Source of the DNA: Azolla caroliniana
Taxonomy: Eukaryota > Plantae > Polypodiophyta
NCBI GenBank assembly: GCA_043228905.1
Contig: JBHGNT010000014.1
Span: forward strand, 12,710,001 to 12,774,000
DNA length: 64,000 nt
Direction: 5' to 3'
Shown here: positions 24,430-37,690 of the stretch, piece after piece
Position numbering within the stretch: the first letter of the stretch is position 1
Layout: every line of letters begins with the position of its first letter
Notes under the pieces: model-generated
The model's database searches: none
Seen by the model: the letters and a program-made list of their open reading frames with translations, nothing else
Told to the model about the DNA's origin: nothing
Translations under genes and position numbers: made by a program

Positions 24430-27400
24430 TGTTGTACACAGTGCTCGGCCACAACCGAGGAATAGGATCAACTCACAGAAAACAGGAAATACAAAATGCA
24501 CGAAGACAATAGAGAGAAGAGTACACAGGATGTTTTACGTGGAAAACCCTAAATGGGAAAAAACCACGGGAGTCCTCAAACTCCAACTATCACTCTAAAC
24601 AGAGATGTACAATGGTGAAGGTACAAGGCAACAACCTTGAGCTCACTGTCTTCGCCACAAGCGACGGTAATACACAAAGGCAACGACCTCTTCGTCTCTC
24701 TCTCTCTCACTCTCTCTCTCGGCTGCTCTCACTTCGCTCCCTCTAAGTGAAAACAGAAAAATGAGCAACAACGCATAAACTGTTTGCCCTAAGTCATATT
24801 TATACACATATGACTTTCGGGCTATTTACAAATATAGCCTCAAGGGCCCTTGGCAAACATATTCACAGATATGTCCCCGCATCCGGATCTCTCTCCGGGT
24901 ACATTCGTCATCCGGCTCCGTAGCCGGGGTCTTCATCATCCGGCTCCGTAGCCGGGGTACTCTTCATCCGGCTTCATGCCGGGTACTCTTCATCATCCGG
25001 TTCCGTAACCGCAACCGGGCTTGCCGTCATTCATCTCCGGACATCCCATCCGGAGGGACCAAAAATCCCAACAAACTCCCCCTTCACTTCGGCATGGGAT
25101 GTCTCTCCAATCCGATCCTCTTCCGGCATGCTTCCAGCTTGTCGGGTGTGAGCACCTTGGTCAGCATATCCGGCCCGTTCTCGTCCGTGTGGATCTTCGT
25201 CAGCACGAACTCCTTGTCTTCTATCCTTTCCCGGATCCAGTGGTATCTACGCTGGATGTGTTTCGTCCGGGAATGGTAGGCCGCGTTCTTCGCAAGGTGG
25301 ATGGCACTCTGACTATCGTAGTAGAGCCGGTACTCCTCCTGCCGGATACCGAGCTCTCTAATGAAGTCCTTCATCCATATTATTTCCTTGCCGGCTTCAA
25401 CAGCCGCCATGTACTCCGCCTCCGTGGTTGACAACGCAACCGTCTTCTGCAACCTCGACTGCCACGAAACGGCTCCCCCTGCATATGTCATTACATACCC
25501 TGATGTAGACCGGCTGGTATCCGCATCAGCCGACATGTCCGAATCGGTAAATCCATCGAGTTCGGGCTTACCGGAGCCGAATCGGAGGCACATGTTCGAA
25601 GTGCCCTTTAAGTATCGGAGTATCCATTTGACCGCCTTCCAGTGCTCCTTGCCGGGATTACTCATATACCGGCTCACCACTCCGACTGCGTATCCAATGT
25701 CCGGTCGGGTACACACCATTGCGTACATCAAGCTCCCGACGGCAGAGGCATATGGTATCTTCATCATATCCTCCTTTTCAGCTTTTGTCTTGGGACTTTG
25801 CTTGCCCGATAACCTGCAGTTTGCCGGGAGGGTCGACCCGACCGGTCTTGCTTCCGACATGTTGAACCGGTGAAGCACCTTTGTCACATACTTCTCCTGT
25901 GACAGCCACAACTGCTTCTTCTTCCGGTCGCGGATGATGTGCATCCCTAGTATTTGCCTCGCCGGACCCAGGTCCTTCATTGAGAAAGTTCGGTGAAGCG
26001 CTTTCTTCAACATCCGTATCTTGGCCTGGTCCCGTCCGACGATCAACATGTCGTCCACGTACAGGAGGAGTATTAGAAAGTCTCCTCCTTCGAACTTCTT
26101 CTTCACAAACACGCAGTGATCGGACTGCGTTTTGTGGTACCCTTCGTCGGTCATGAAAGAGTCGAACTTCCGGTACCACTGCCGGGGAGCCTGCTTCAGT
26201 CCGTAAAGGCTCTTCTTCAACCGGCACACCAGGTGCTCCTTCCCTTTCTTCTCGAATCCTTCTGGTTGCTGCATGTAGATCTCTTCTTCGAGGTCACCGT
26301 GAAGGAATGCCGTCTTCACGTCCATCTGTTCTACCTCGAGGTCCATGCTTGCCGCTATGCTCAGCACCGTCCGGATGGAGGTCATCTTCACTACCGGGGC
26401 AAATATCTCGTCGAAGTCGACGCCCTTCTTCTGCTGGAACCCCTTCACCACGATCCTGGCTTTGTATCTTGGGGGGTTTCCGGCATCTCCCGGTTTCAGC
26501 TTGAACACCCACTTGTTTCAAAGTGCCCGCTTTCCTTTCGGCAACTCCACAAGTTCATATGTGTGGTTCTCATGCAGGGAATCCATCTCCTCCTGCATGG
26601 CACTTAACCACCTGCGGCTATGTGTGTCAAGCTTTGGTTCTTCAAAACTCTCCGGCTCCCCCTCGTCGGTTAGCAGCACGTGCTCTGGTTCCGGAAATCT
26701 CCGGGGGGCCCTTCTCTCTCTTAGAGGATATCTCCGCTCCGGAGCTTCGGTAACCGGCTCCTCCGTTTCCTCTTCATCCGAATCCATTTCGGGATCGGGG
26801 CCGGTTCCGGTATCAGTTTCATCTTCCTCGGCCGGTTCTGTTTCTTCACCGTCTTCGGCCGGATCCTCGAGTGCTAACCGGTCCCTTGCCGATCGGGACT
26901 GCTCCTCGTAGTGTTGGTCCTCACCGGTCGACTTGGAGCTCTTCATCTTCTTCTCCGACTCCCAGTCGGCGAGTGTCTTGTCCTCCATGAAGATGATATC
27001 ACAACTCCGGAATATCCTTTTGTCGACCGGGTCCCATACTCGGTAGCCGAACTTGTCATCGCCGTAACCGAGGAATATGCATGGCCGGGTCTTTGGATCT
27101 AGCTTTCCTCTCCGGTCCTTTGCCACATGCACATATGCGAGACACCCGAACACCTTCAGGTGCCAGTACGATACCTCCCTACCGGTCCACACTCTCTGCG
27201 GCGTGTCTCCGTCCAAAGGTACTGAGGGTGATCTGTTTATCACGTATGTCGCAGTCGACATTGCCTCAGCCCAAAACCCCTTGGGTAATTTCGCATGCGC
27301 CAGCATACTCCGGACCCTCTCCATTATGGTCCGGTTCATCCTCTCAGCCAGCCCGTTCAGTTCCGGTGTCTTCGGCACAGTAAACTCGAGCCGGATTCCC

Positions 27401-29809
27401 TTCGAGCGACAGTACTCCTCGAATTGCCCCCGGTATTCCCCTCCGTTATCCGCTCGTATCGCTTTCAGCTTCTTGCCGGATTCCCTTTCCACTCTCGCGT
27501 GGAGTTCTTTGAAGACGGACAATACTTGTTCCTTTGTCTTCAACGGTGCCGTCCACAGCTTCCGGCTATGGTCATCTATGAATGTTACGAAGTACTGGGC
27601 TCCGCCATGTGACTTCGTTTCTACCTGACACACATCAGTGTGTACCAACTCCAATGGTACACTACGTCTCATCGGTGGTCTTGAGCGGAAGGAGGTCCGG
27701 TTTTGCTTACCGGCCAGACAGTCGGTACACTTCCCCAGTTGTACGTGCTTTACCGGTATCAGGTTGTCTTCGGCAAGCCTCTTCATCCCCTTCTCGCTCA
27801 TGTGGCACAGTCTCTTGTGCCACAGCTCACCGGTAGTGTCAGCTGCCACGTTCAGCTCCTCCGGACATAGCCGGGAATTCATCAGGTACAGTGTGTTGAC
27901 CTTCCGGGCCCGAGCCACTATCAGGCTCCCTTTGCTGAACTTCATGACACCGTTCCGGATGCTACCCGTGTAGCCTTCATCGTCTAGCCTCCCGGCCGAA
28001 ATCAGGTTCAATCGAACCTCCGGAACGTGTCGAACATCCTTCAGCAGCATCTTGCATCCGGTTGATGTCATCAGCCACACGTCTCCTATGCCGGCAATCC
28101 GGCATGTACCTTCATTTCCCATCCGGACACAGCCGTGCTCACCGGCTGTGTAGGATGAGAAGTATTTCTTCTCCGGGGTCAGGTGGAACGACGCTCCGGA
28201 ATCGACCACCCAGGTCATCTCTTCACCGGCAAGGTTCAGCTCCCTCTCTTCGGTAATGAGCATTATCTCTTCTTCACTTGCCGCGAGTGCCGTCGTTCCT
28301 TTCCGGTCCTGCCCTCGCCGATCCGGACCTCTCCGGTCCGCGGCTCCCCGGTATGCACCGTTTCGCTCCGGTGACTTCTTCGAATCGGTACCGTCGGTTC
28401 CGTTGTCTTTCCGGAAATGCCGACAGTTCTTCTGGAAGTGCCCCGGCTTCCCACAGTAGAAGCATGTAGGTCTCCCCCTCGACTGCGACCGTGTCCCCGA
28501 CTTCTCCCGTCTTTGCGGACTCCGGTTCCGTTGTCTTCCCCGTTCCGATTCGGTAAGCAGCGCCTTCGAGTCGGAGGCCGGTTCTTTATCTCTCCGACGC
28601 GCTTCTTCATTTAGAATACTTGTCTTTACCGTTAGTAAAGACAAGTTCTCTTCCTTACAGGAGGTGCTGAGTGTAACTACCAAGTTCTCCCAGCTCTCCG
28701 GAAGGGTACACATCAGCATGATGGCTTGCATTGCGTCATCCAACGGGAACTTGATCGCCGCAAGCTGGTTCACGAATCCCATGAACGTGCTGACGTGTTC
28801 GACCATGCTCTCGTCGTCCCGGTACTTAAGATTCACTATCTTCCTCATCAGGGAGGTCCGGGTCAGAGCATTCTTCCTCTCATACAGTCCGGACAGCTTC
28901 TGCCACATCTCATAGGCGTTCGTATCGTTCGCCACATGTTGCAGGACACTTACATCGACATATTGCCGGATCGTCACTACGGCTTTCCGGTTCAGGAGCT
29001 TCCACTCCGACTCTATTACTCCCTTGGGTATCTCGGCATTGTCGATCGGTTCGTACAGGTCTCGGATGATGAGAAGGTCTTCCATCTTTATCTTCCAGTC
29101 GGCGTAGTTCTGTGAGTTCAACACCATCATGCCCGGAGGCCCACTACCGCCGCCTTCCATTTTCTGTGTTACCGTCGCTCTGATACCACTTTGTTGTACA
29201 CAGTGCTCGGCCACAACCGAAGAATAGGATCAACTCACAGAAAACAGGAAATACAAAATGCACGAAGACAATAGAGAGAAGAGTACACAGGATGTTTTAC
29301 GTGGAAAACCCTAAATGGGAAAAAACCACGGGAGTCCTCAAACTCCAACTATCACTATAAACAGAGATGTACAATGGTGAAGGTACAAGGCAACAACCTT
29401 GAGCTCACTGTCTTCGCCACAGGCGGCGGTAATACACAGAGGCAACGACCTCTTCGTCTCTCTCTCTCTCTCACTCTCTCTCTCGGCTGCTCTCACTTCG
29501 CTCCCTCTAAGTGAAAACAGAAAAATGAGCAACAACGCATAAACTGTTTGCCCTAAGTCATATTTATACACATATGACTTTCGGGCTATTTACAAATATA
29601 GCCTCAAGGGCCCTTGGCAAACATATTCACAGATATGTCCCCGCATCCGGATCTCTCTCCGGGTACATTCGTCATCCGGCTCCGTAGTCGGGGTACTCTT
29701 CATCCGGCTTCATGCCGGGTACTCTTCATCATCCGGTTCCGTAACCGCAACCGGGCTTGCCGTCATTCATCTCCGGACATCCCATCCGGAGGGACCGAAA
29801 ATCCCAACA
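24430..29809 (-). mobile_element. Copia-C: Ty1/Copia LTR retrotransposon (Tnt1/Tork-like)
   Basis: LTRs at 29192-29809 (5') and 24430-25073 (3'), differing by ~7 substitutions and one internal repeat unit. 5-bp TSD ATTAC. PBS TGGTATCAGAGC (tRNA-iMet); PPT GAAGGGGGAG. Confidence 0.96.
25084..29159 (-). pseudogene. Copia-C Gag-PR-INT-RT-RH polyprotein with one in-frame TGA at 26518-26520
   Basis: CFYCGKPGHFQKNC, WVVDSGAS, LWHKRLCH, VHTDV/ADNGGEY, MDVKTAFLHG, YVDDML, RTKHI. KGKRAL*NKWVFK is in frame. Confidence 0.93.
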
Positions 29810-32093
29810 ATTACGTGCCAAGCGTGCATTGCCCGAACGAGACAGCCAGGGACGCCCCAAATGTTTCTACTACAACAACTATGGCCACATTCGGCGTCAC
29901 TACCGAAAGTGGCAGAATCACCAACAGAAGCAGAACGTCCAATTGGCTGACGCTGCCTCCCTCTCTGAGCTCCCGGAAAACTAATGCGCGGGGTGCCGTA
30001 GGGAGAGCCGCCCCCGCACGTCCACGTCTCCACGTCCTCAACTTCTCCCGTTTCTCCCACGATCGAGCCGCCCCCGCACGTCCACGCCTCCACTTCATCA
30101 ACTTCGCCCGTTTGTACCACAATCGCCCGCCTCCAGCACACGACCCAAGAAGTTCTCCTCGACTCCGGCAGCAGCATCTCTTCCATCAGCGTAGATTTAG
30201 TCACCCAATTACAACTTCCCACGAGCCACGCACCGCCCATTAAAATCCTCTTCGGCGACCAACAACGGGTGTACCACTCACATACGCAAGTCAGGTGCAT
30301 GCTCACCATTAGTTCCGCCCAGATCCACCATCGTTTCTACGTCCTCCCGCGCCAGTTGTTCCCAATCACCTTGGGATGTGATTGGTTCCTCCATAGTCGA
30401 GCCTGTCTCGATTTCTACGCACAACAACTCATCCTCCCAAATCACATTCCGATCACGCTCTTCACTACTCCGCGGGATACCACCCACGTCAGCAACACAC
30501 AATACCTGATATCACCGGCGGAGCGCATCAACGACATCAGACGGCTCCTCGCCACCTTTCCCTCGTTGTCTACACCACCTGTAAAACCTCCCTCGGTCCG
30601 TTTTCCGATTCACCACACGATTCCTACAGGCAACACCCGCCCCATCAACGCAGCTCCCCGACGTCGCTCGCCTCTCGACCACGAGCGCATCGACAACACC
30701 GTCAAAACTATGCTCCAACAAGGGATTATCACACCTTCCAAGAGCGAGTGGATCTCGGAGCCACACATGGTAAAGAAAGGGGATGGTTCTTACCGCTTTT
30801 GTGTCGACTTCCGACAACTGAACCATGTCACCACCCATGACCGATATCCTCTCCCTCGTATCGATGACCTCCTCGACCAGCTTGGCAAATCAAAGTACTT
30901 CACCTCCCTCGATCTAGCCTCGGGATATTGGCAGATCCCGATGAATCCTCACGATGCCCACAAAACTGCATTCCGCACTAGGAAAGGCATTTTTCAGTTC
31001 ACACGGATGCCCTTTGGTCTATCTGATGCGGGGAGCACATTCCAGCGAATGGCTAATGCCATCTTCGATGATCTCATCACCCGCCGTGTCGTCATCGTCT
31101 ATCTAGACGATATTCTGGTACATACAAGCACTTGGGCAGAACACCTTCAAGTCCTTCGGGAGGTCCTAACTTGTGTTCAACGCTATCGATTGTAGCTGCA
31201 ATGGAAGAAGTGCCGATGGGGTAGTACGTTGTCGTGTTATTACGCAAGTGCGTGTGGAAACGAGGCGGGACCGCGGGGGTCTCGAACCAAAGAGCAAGCG
31301 AGGGAGGAGAGAGAGAGAGAACCGGCTACGCAGGACCGGGGATACACAGGGACACGGCCCTTCAGCACGGAGAACGCGAACGAACACCGACACAGACAGA
31401 TGCGAATGACTAAATATATATATTAAGAATGGCTAAACACGACTACAACCCTCGATGGGGCACAGGTTGGTTACAACCGAGCAGGCCGGCGAACAGATGC
31501 CGATGCCTGTTCGCTTCGACGCACAAAGGGGTAGCCGGTCGGAGGTGCTGCCGGAAGCACTCGGGCGTTCCTCGAAACAGCGCGAGCCTCCTCGGAACCC
31601 TGCACAGAAAAGCTAAGGAGCTCGAGAAGGAAGGAAACAGAGAGCGAAGCGTCCAGAAACGGTCCGACAGCACTTCGTCCTCTCCGCCCCCCCAGATCCC
31701 TGGAACAGCTCTTTCCCGCTCTTATATAGTCCGACGAGCAGGCCGTCATGTCAGCTTTATTCCCTGTCCCTTTCGAACAGGGATCCGCTCCGTTCTTCAC
31801 GCATCCGCGTAGTTACGCCGCCGACTCGTGCCGTCCCTTAGCTCGCGCGCGCGCCCTAAAAGACTGTTCGCGCGGTCTTTGTCTCCACTCGTGTTAGGGC
31901 CCGTTCCTGCCGATTATCCTCCTAACTCGCCTCTATGTTCGACTTGGAGCGTGCGCGCGTGAGGAACCGGTTCCCACGCCTTGGTCTGCCGATTCCGCTT
32001 ATGGACGGTTTTCTTCACGACATCCGCCCCCACCTAACCGCGCATCCTCCGGTATGCGCCAAGAGAGTTGGGACGGAGAAAACCGGCCCGTCT

Positions 32094-35000
32094 TCATTCC
32101 TCGCCCGTCTGTTCTTCCTCGTTTTCGGATCGTTCGTCACTGCTGACCAGGAGAGCCGGGTCTGGCTCGTCGTCGTGTCGCTTCTTGAACGCTTTGATCC
32201 GCTTCCCCGCAACCGGTATCGCCATTCTCGTGCCGTCGAGTTCCGCCAGGTGATATGTCCCGTTGTCATTGGCGCTCCGTACCACGTAAGGCCCGAACCA
32301 CCTTCGTGCGAACTTCCGTGTAGCTCGGTGCTGGTTGTCGAGGCTGCTGTCGTAGACGAGCACCCAGTCACCTTCTTCGATTTTCTTCGGTCGGAGCCGA
32401 TGCGTTCGGTCGAACCTGGCTTTGTTCTTTTTCCTCGCCACCCGGAGCTTCTCCGCAGCCAGTTCCACGTCCTCCGGTCTCCGCTCGAGCTGTCGTATGC
32501 GCGCGGCCAACAACTCCTCCCGGCTCATCTCGTCCCTCCAGTCGACCGTTGCCCACGAGGAGATCGTCCGTTCCATCGGCATGATCGGCTTCTGGCCGAA
32601 CATGAGCTCCGTCGGCATATACCCAGTTACCGAACTGTGCGTGGTCCGGTCTGCCCACAAAGCATAAGGTAGCAGCCCCGGCCAGTTACCGACTCGGCCT
32701 CCGCATGCCCGAACCAACGCCTTGACGATCGGTCCGTGTCCGCGCTCCACCTTTCCATTCGCCTCCGGATTGTACGCAGTGGTGAGCGAGAGCTTAACTC
32801 CGAGCCGGTCGAACAGCTCCGCGGCTTCTTCGGCGTCCAACTCCCCTCGGTCAGCCACGATCTTCCCGACGCACCCGTACCGGCATATCACGTCCTCGAT
32901 TAGGAACCGGCATACGGCCGCGGTCGTTTTGTTCGGAAGGGCCCGGCCTTCCACCTGGTTCGTCAGATCCTCCCGCGCTAGGACCAGGTACCGCATCTGT
33001 CCTACCCCCATTGGCATCGTCACCAGATCTACCATCCATTTGAAGTGGATGGTCGGAGGGTACGTGGGGTGAAGCTCGTCCCGATGTCGGACTATGGAGT
33101 GCATCTGACAGCTCTCGCAAGTTGTCACGAACCGATGCACGTCCTGGTACTGCCCCGGCCACCAATACTTCCCCTTTAGTTTCTCAAACGTAGCCCATGT
33201 CCCACGGTGTCCAGCCCAAGGGCTGTCGTGGTAGGCCGTCAGCAGCTCCTCCCGTTCTACCTTCATCGCCACCACCCGGAGCGGAGCGCCGTCCCTCTTC
33301 TTCGGGTGCTTCCATAGATAGCCATCCCGCAGAAAGAACCGGTACGCTTTCTTCCGGATCCGGTTGGCCTCGTCCTTCGTCCATGACGCATCGGGCGTCA
33401 TTGTCTTCAAAAACCCACCGATCTGCAGCCACTCCCCGTCGTACTTGCTCGCGTCGAAGTCGTTAAGCGCCGGAGTGCTTGTTCCGTCGGTTGTTACATA
33501 CGCAGTCTCGAAGAAGTCCACGCCGACCTCTTCGTCCTCCGAAACCATGCCGCCCTCGTCATCGAATCTCGCCCTTGAAAGCATGTCGGCCATGGCGTTG
33601 TCTTTCCCGGAAATGTGTCGTATTTCCGGGTCCAGGGACTTGATGTACGCTATCCACCTGAGCATTGCCAGGTCCGGCGTCGCGCATCCGGAAACCATGC
33701 CGAGAATTGGCATGCAATCCGTCTCTATGATTACCTCCGTCCCGATCAGATAGTCCTTGTCGGCCTTTACCGCCGAAACGATACCCCAGAGTTCGCGTTT
33801 AACCTGGGCGTATCCTCGCTGCCGTTCACTGAGGACCTTCGCGCCGAATCGGATCGGAAACCGATTGCCGTCCTCGTCTCCTTGGTTGACGACCCACCCG
33901 ATTCCGGTCGGACTCGTGTCAACCGTTATGTACACTGGGGTGCCCTTCCGGTAGACGGCCTTTCGGAGCGCCGGTGCTGCCGAAAGAGCCTCCTTCAGCT
34001 TCCGGACCGACTCCGTGTGCTTGTCTAGCCATTCGAATCTTCGCCCTTTCTTCAATAATCCGTACAGCGGCTCCGCGACGTGCGCGTAATGCGGGATCCA
34101 TATGTGGTAGAAGGCGCATGCTCCCAAGAATCTTCGTACTTCCGTGACCGAGCTGCATTCAGGCTTCATCGCGGAGATGGCTTCTATCTTTGCCGGAGAC
34201 GGTTTCCGGCCATATGGCCCACATAAATGTCCGACCACCATGATTTCCGACTGCCCGAACGCTGACTTCTCCCCCGAGAAGGTGAGCCTCGCATCCTCTA
34301 GCCTTTGCAGCACCTTCTCGCAGTTGTCGATGTGCGTCACCACGAATCGCCGGCATCCGTCCGGCCCGATCGTCTCGTCCTTCTCTTCTACCGGGCATCC
34401 CTTGATCGGGATGTCGTCTAGAAACGGCATGGTGATGTCCGGGATGCAGTCCCTCAGCACCTTGTTCATTGCATTCACCATGTGGGCCACCGAGTTGGTC
34501 CCTCCTTGCGGCAGCGTGCACATCCGCACTAGGCCGAGGGGAGTTCGCATCGTCGTAATGTCTCTGCTCTCCACGGCTAGCTGGAACTGGTCGTACCCTG
34601 AATATAGATCACCGACCGAGTAAATCGACCTTCCGGCGAAGGCCTCCGCGAACTCGTCTATGGTCGGTCCGATCCCTGCGTTCCGAATGGTCACCCTATT
34701 GACCGGTTGCAGGTCCTGAATGAAGCGCAATGATCCGTTTTTCTTTGGTACCGTAAACCACCGGTTCGAGTACGGGGCGCTCGACGGCTCGAGAATGCCC
34801 ATAACAACTTTCTGCTTCAACAGCTCCATCAACTTCGGGATGTGAGCTCTTGGAACCGGAATTGGCTTGAGATTCCACGGTACATGCGGTACTGTGAATA
34901 TCACCATCGGCTCTACGATCGTCGGGTCTACGCACCCGATTTCCTCCGGTGAGAATGCGAAGGCTTTCCCGTGCCTTCCGAGCATCCTCCGAAACCGGTC

Positions 35001-35582
35001 TTCCTCCACCGGCAGTAGGAACCCGCCCCCACCGATCTTCAGCTCGCGGAGCGTCTCGTTGGTGAAGGTGTGTCCTATGCAGGCCGGATCTCGTAAGCTG
35101 GGGTCCGATGCAACCCCTTTGATTCGGGATTCGCTGCCCTCCGGTAAGGGCGCCGCAACTGGCCTCACCTTCCGGTCCACAGTCTTGTACTTGGTGCTAA
35201 CTCGGGCCGTCCGTTCCGACTCGAGCCCTCGACCGAAGTCCGCGATGACTTCGTACATTTCTTCGGAACATACCGGTATCGTCCGGTCTTCGTTAAGGTC
35301 TTCTTCGACTACCTTCTCCAGCATTCCCAAGGTGTCGTCGAAGGAGACTGCCTCCACGGCTCCGTTGATTTCTTCGTCAGGGCCGAGAACTCCGCACGCT
35401 CGAAGTCTCCCCTCCGTCTTTGTTTTCTCTCGGCCGGCGATGCCGACCATCGCACATGCTCCGCTGCCGGAGAAGCAAATTTTCCTACCTATTGTACACG
35501 GTTTTATCGTACAGATGTGGGGTCTTCCCGGAGCATCCGGACTGTCGCGGCCCCACGCCTTGGCAGTCCTCTCTAAAAATCC
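32094..35582 (-). CDS. pol: Gypsy-D Pol (RT-RH-INT), open from the slippery site
   Basis: 1118-aa ORF closely similar to Gypsy-A Pol. The -1 frame is stop-free from 35582 to the ATG at 35450 (GFLERTAKAWGRDSPDAPGRPH...). Confidence 0.93.
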   Translation of the reverse strand, partial: GFLERTAKAWGRDSPDAPGRPHICTIKPCTIGRKICFSGSGACAMVGIAGREKTKTEGRLRACGVLGPDEEINGAVEAVSFDDTLGMLEKVVEEDLNEDRTIPVCSEEMYEVIADFGRGLESERTARVSTKYKTVDRKVRPVAAPLPEGSESRIKGVASDPSLRDPACIGHTFTNETLRELKIGGGGFLLPVEEDRFRRMLGRHGKAFAFSPEEIGCVDPTIVEPMVIFTVPHVPWNLKPIPVPRAHIPKLMELLKQKVVMGILEPSSAPYSNRWFTVPKKNGSLRFIQDLQPVNRVTIRNAGIGPTIDEFAEAFAGRSIYSVGDLYSGYDQFQLAVESRDITTMRTPLGLVRMCTLPQGGTNSVAHMVNAMNKVLRDCIPDITMPFLDDIPIKGCPVEEKDETIGPDGCRRFVVTHIDNCEKVLQRLEDARLTFSGEKSAFGQSEIMVVGHLCGPYGRKPSPAKIEAISAMKPECSSVTEVRRFLGACAFYHIWIPHYAHVAEPLYGLLKKGRRFEWLDKHTESVRKLKEALSAAPALRKAVYRKGTPVYITVDTSPTGIGWVVNQGDEDGNRFPIRFGAKVLSERQRGYAQVKRELWGIVSAVKADKDYLIGTEVIIETDCMPILGMVSGCATPDLAMLRWIAYIKSLDPEIRHISGKDNAMADMLSRARFDDEGGMVSEDEEVGVDFFETAYVTTDGTSTPALNDFDASKYDGEWLQIGGFLKTMTPDASWTKDEANRIRKKAYRFFLRDGYLWKHPKKRDGAPLRVVAMKVEREELLTAYHDSPWAGHRGTWATFEKLKGKYWWPGQYQDVHRFVTTCESCQMHSIVRHRDELHPTYPPTIHFKWMVDLVTMPMGVGQMRYLVLAREDLTNQVEGRALPNKTTAAVCRFLIEDVICRYGCVGKIVADRGELDAEEAAELFDRLGVKLSLTTAYNPEANGKVERGHGPIVKALVRACGGRVGNWPGLLPYALWADRTTHSSVTGYMPTELMFGQKPIMPMERTISSWATVDWRDEMSREELLAARIRQLERRPEDVELAAEKLRVARKKNKARFDRTHRLRPKKIEEGDWVLVYDSSLDNQHRATRKFARRWFGPYVVRSANDNGTYHLAELDGTRMAIPVAGKRIKAFKKRHDDEPDPALLVSSDERSENEEEQTGEE
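35517..35582 (-). promoter_or_regulatory. Predicted -1 frameshift signal (G_GAU_UUU_UAG plus pseudoknot)
   Basis: GGATTTT, 6-nt spacer, GGACTG/CAGTCC stem, loop GTGGGG complementary to downstream CCCCAC. Confidence 0.75.
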
Positions 35583-37690
35583 TCTCGGTTTTCGGAACCG
35601 AGGGAGTCGCGGTTACGTTCGTGGTTCAGCCTTACCGTCAGAAACTGGACCGAATGGCGCCCGTCTTGGCTTTTGACCCTTGCGTAGGCCGAACCATTGT
35701 CCAGCACCTTGGTCTCCATTCGCGCCGCCGTGATGTACGGCTCTCCCAGTATGACCGGATGCGAAGACGTCTCCTGCACGAAGAAGTGCTGGTCAATCTC
35801 GACGTCGCCGATCTTGACTCGCACATTCGGACAGGCCCCGTGCAGTTCCTCGGTGGCGCGCGTTGCTGCCCTTATTTTCCACCCGTGCTTGGTGTTGATC
35901 GGCCATTTGCCCTTCTTATAGAAGTCCATGGACATCAAATTGATCTCCGATCCGTGGTCCACCAAAGCTATCACCGGTTCCTGGACATCGCCGATCTTCA
36001 CCGGGGTTTCCGTGGTCGCTCGGGCCCAGTGTGGTCTCGAATAGTGGCTTTCCGCCCACTCGTCTCCCAGCGCCATGTCGTCTAGGTGCGTCGTCCGCAC
36101 TTCCACCGGTCTTTCCGGTTCTGTCTCCGTTGACAGCCTCTTCCGTTTCACCAAGTCCACGATGGAGTCGTGGAACTCCTTCTTGGCGATTCCCAGCACC
36201 TCTCGTAACGACAGCTCCACCTTGCTGTCGAGGATCCGTTCCTCCAGGACCTTTCGTAAGTCCGTGGTCCTTTCTATCTCCGTCCCCAGACGGTACCCGC
36301 CCTTCTGGGGTTTATCTTGCGTACCGGCCCCGCCGGCTTCGTCCCGTCGTGGCCCGGACCGGGTCTCGTATCGTTGTGAGGGCCCGGTCGTCCCGGGTTT
36401 CCCCACCCGCTTCTCTTCTACCAGAGCCTCGTAGTTCCGGCAAGCGGCTTCCACGAAGCCCGTCTTTTCCTCGACCGGGTCGCTCCACCCGGTCATCTCC
36501 CGTACCCGTTTCTTCGCACGGTCCGATTCCTCCCTTTTTAGCTCTGCACCGGCAAGGCCTTCCAGCATCGTCGGCCAGAATCCGGCTTTGCTTTCCCTTC
36601 GGGCCTCGCCGCCCCCGACTCGAATGCCGGCCGACGCCGAGTAGTGGACGGTTTCCGCGTGTCGGGCCGCCGCCTCTTCCATCACCCTTTTCATACCACC
36701 TCGCCCGTCGTTTCGGCTCAGGGCCCTTCGGGTGTCGCTGGCATGCACCCGTCCTTCCCACAGGTACACCACCCTGTCCCTCAGCGCCTCCGCGAAGTCG
36801 CCGCAGTCCTTCCGAATGTGGCCGACTTCATCACACCACATGCACCTGTTTCCTGCCGCCGGCCGTCGGTCACGAGCCGGTTCGCCACCTTCTCTTCGGG
36901 CTTGCGCGATTTGGAGGTCCTTTACCGCCCTCGTCAATTCCTCCAGCGCCGCTCCTCCGGTTGAGCCTCTGACTACGCCGGTCGAAGCCGAACCGGTTTC
37001 CAACCACTCTCGGGTCTCTTCCTTTCGCACCTGTGGCGCTGGTTCGAACTTCCTTGCTGCGACCGAGCCCGACCCGGTTACCCCGTTATCCGCCCATTCT
37101 CGCCGTTTGTCGAAACGGCCACAGACTTTCTTGACAGCCGCCCAGTCGGTAGTGAGCCCGTCTTCGGTTTCCAGCAAGAGGCCCACTTGCTCCCGATCCC
37201 GCTCGTCGACCGACTTGACAAACAGCAAGACCCGGCTCGTGTCCAGGATGGTTCGGTCGAGCGCCGAAAGGCGCGCAAAGTTTTCCTAAACTCCCGGAGG
37301 AGTGCCGACGCGTTCCTTCCCTTCCCCGGGGACTCCACCCATTCCATGAACCTTCGCTTCGAAAGCCGGAGCGCGTCGTCCAGCCCGTATTTCTCTAGGA
37401 GCCGACCTTCGAACTCCTCCCAGGTACGGCTCTCCGCCCGCACCTCGAGCACCTCCGCATGGATGCTCGGCATTGCCACTCGGGGAAATCCGGCAAGACG
37501 CCTTTCTTCCGGAATGTCCCGCATCAGCATTTCTGCACCGTAGGACGCCAGATACTTCGTGGCATCCCTCCCATCGAACCGGCCGATCGTGCCGACGACC
37601 GCCTCGATAGCTCTGTCGAGGGCACTGGTGCCCTCGCGCGCGTTTACCATCCGATCCACGGCCGAAGCCATGGCCTCTGCAAGATCCGAC
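35573..37690 (-). pseudogene. gag-pro: Gypsy-D Gag-protease with one frameshift near 37280
   Basis: Two overlapping ORFs (37078-37725 and 35573-37228) together align with Gypsy-A Gag-PR. CMWCDEVGHIRKDC; LVDHGSEINL; ends EDF*. Start is approximate. Confidence 0.85.

Larger units (their letters stand above)
23649..29984 (+). pseudogene. gag: Gypsy-B gag (23649-24429 + 29815-29984), split by Copia-C
   Basis: RPKPFSG..SEDVLSWL, PMDID. The junction reads QNAQL|RAKR in frame. Decayed zinc knuckle CFYYNNYGHIRRHY; ends LPEN*. Confidence 0.85.

Noticed and set aside
23330-29809. Nested Copia-C has more diverged LTRs (~7/620) than its host Gypsy-B (1/259)
   Set aside because: About 3 differences would be expected in 259 bp at the same rate, so observing 1 is within sampling noise.
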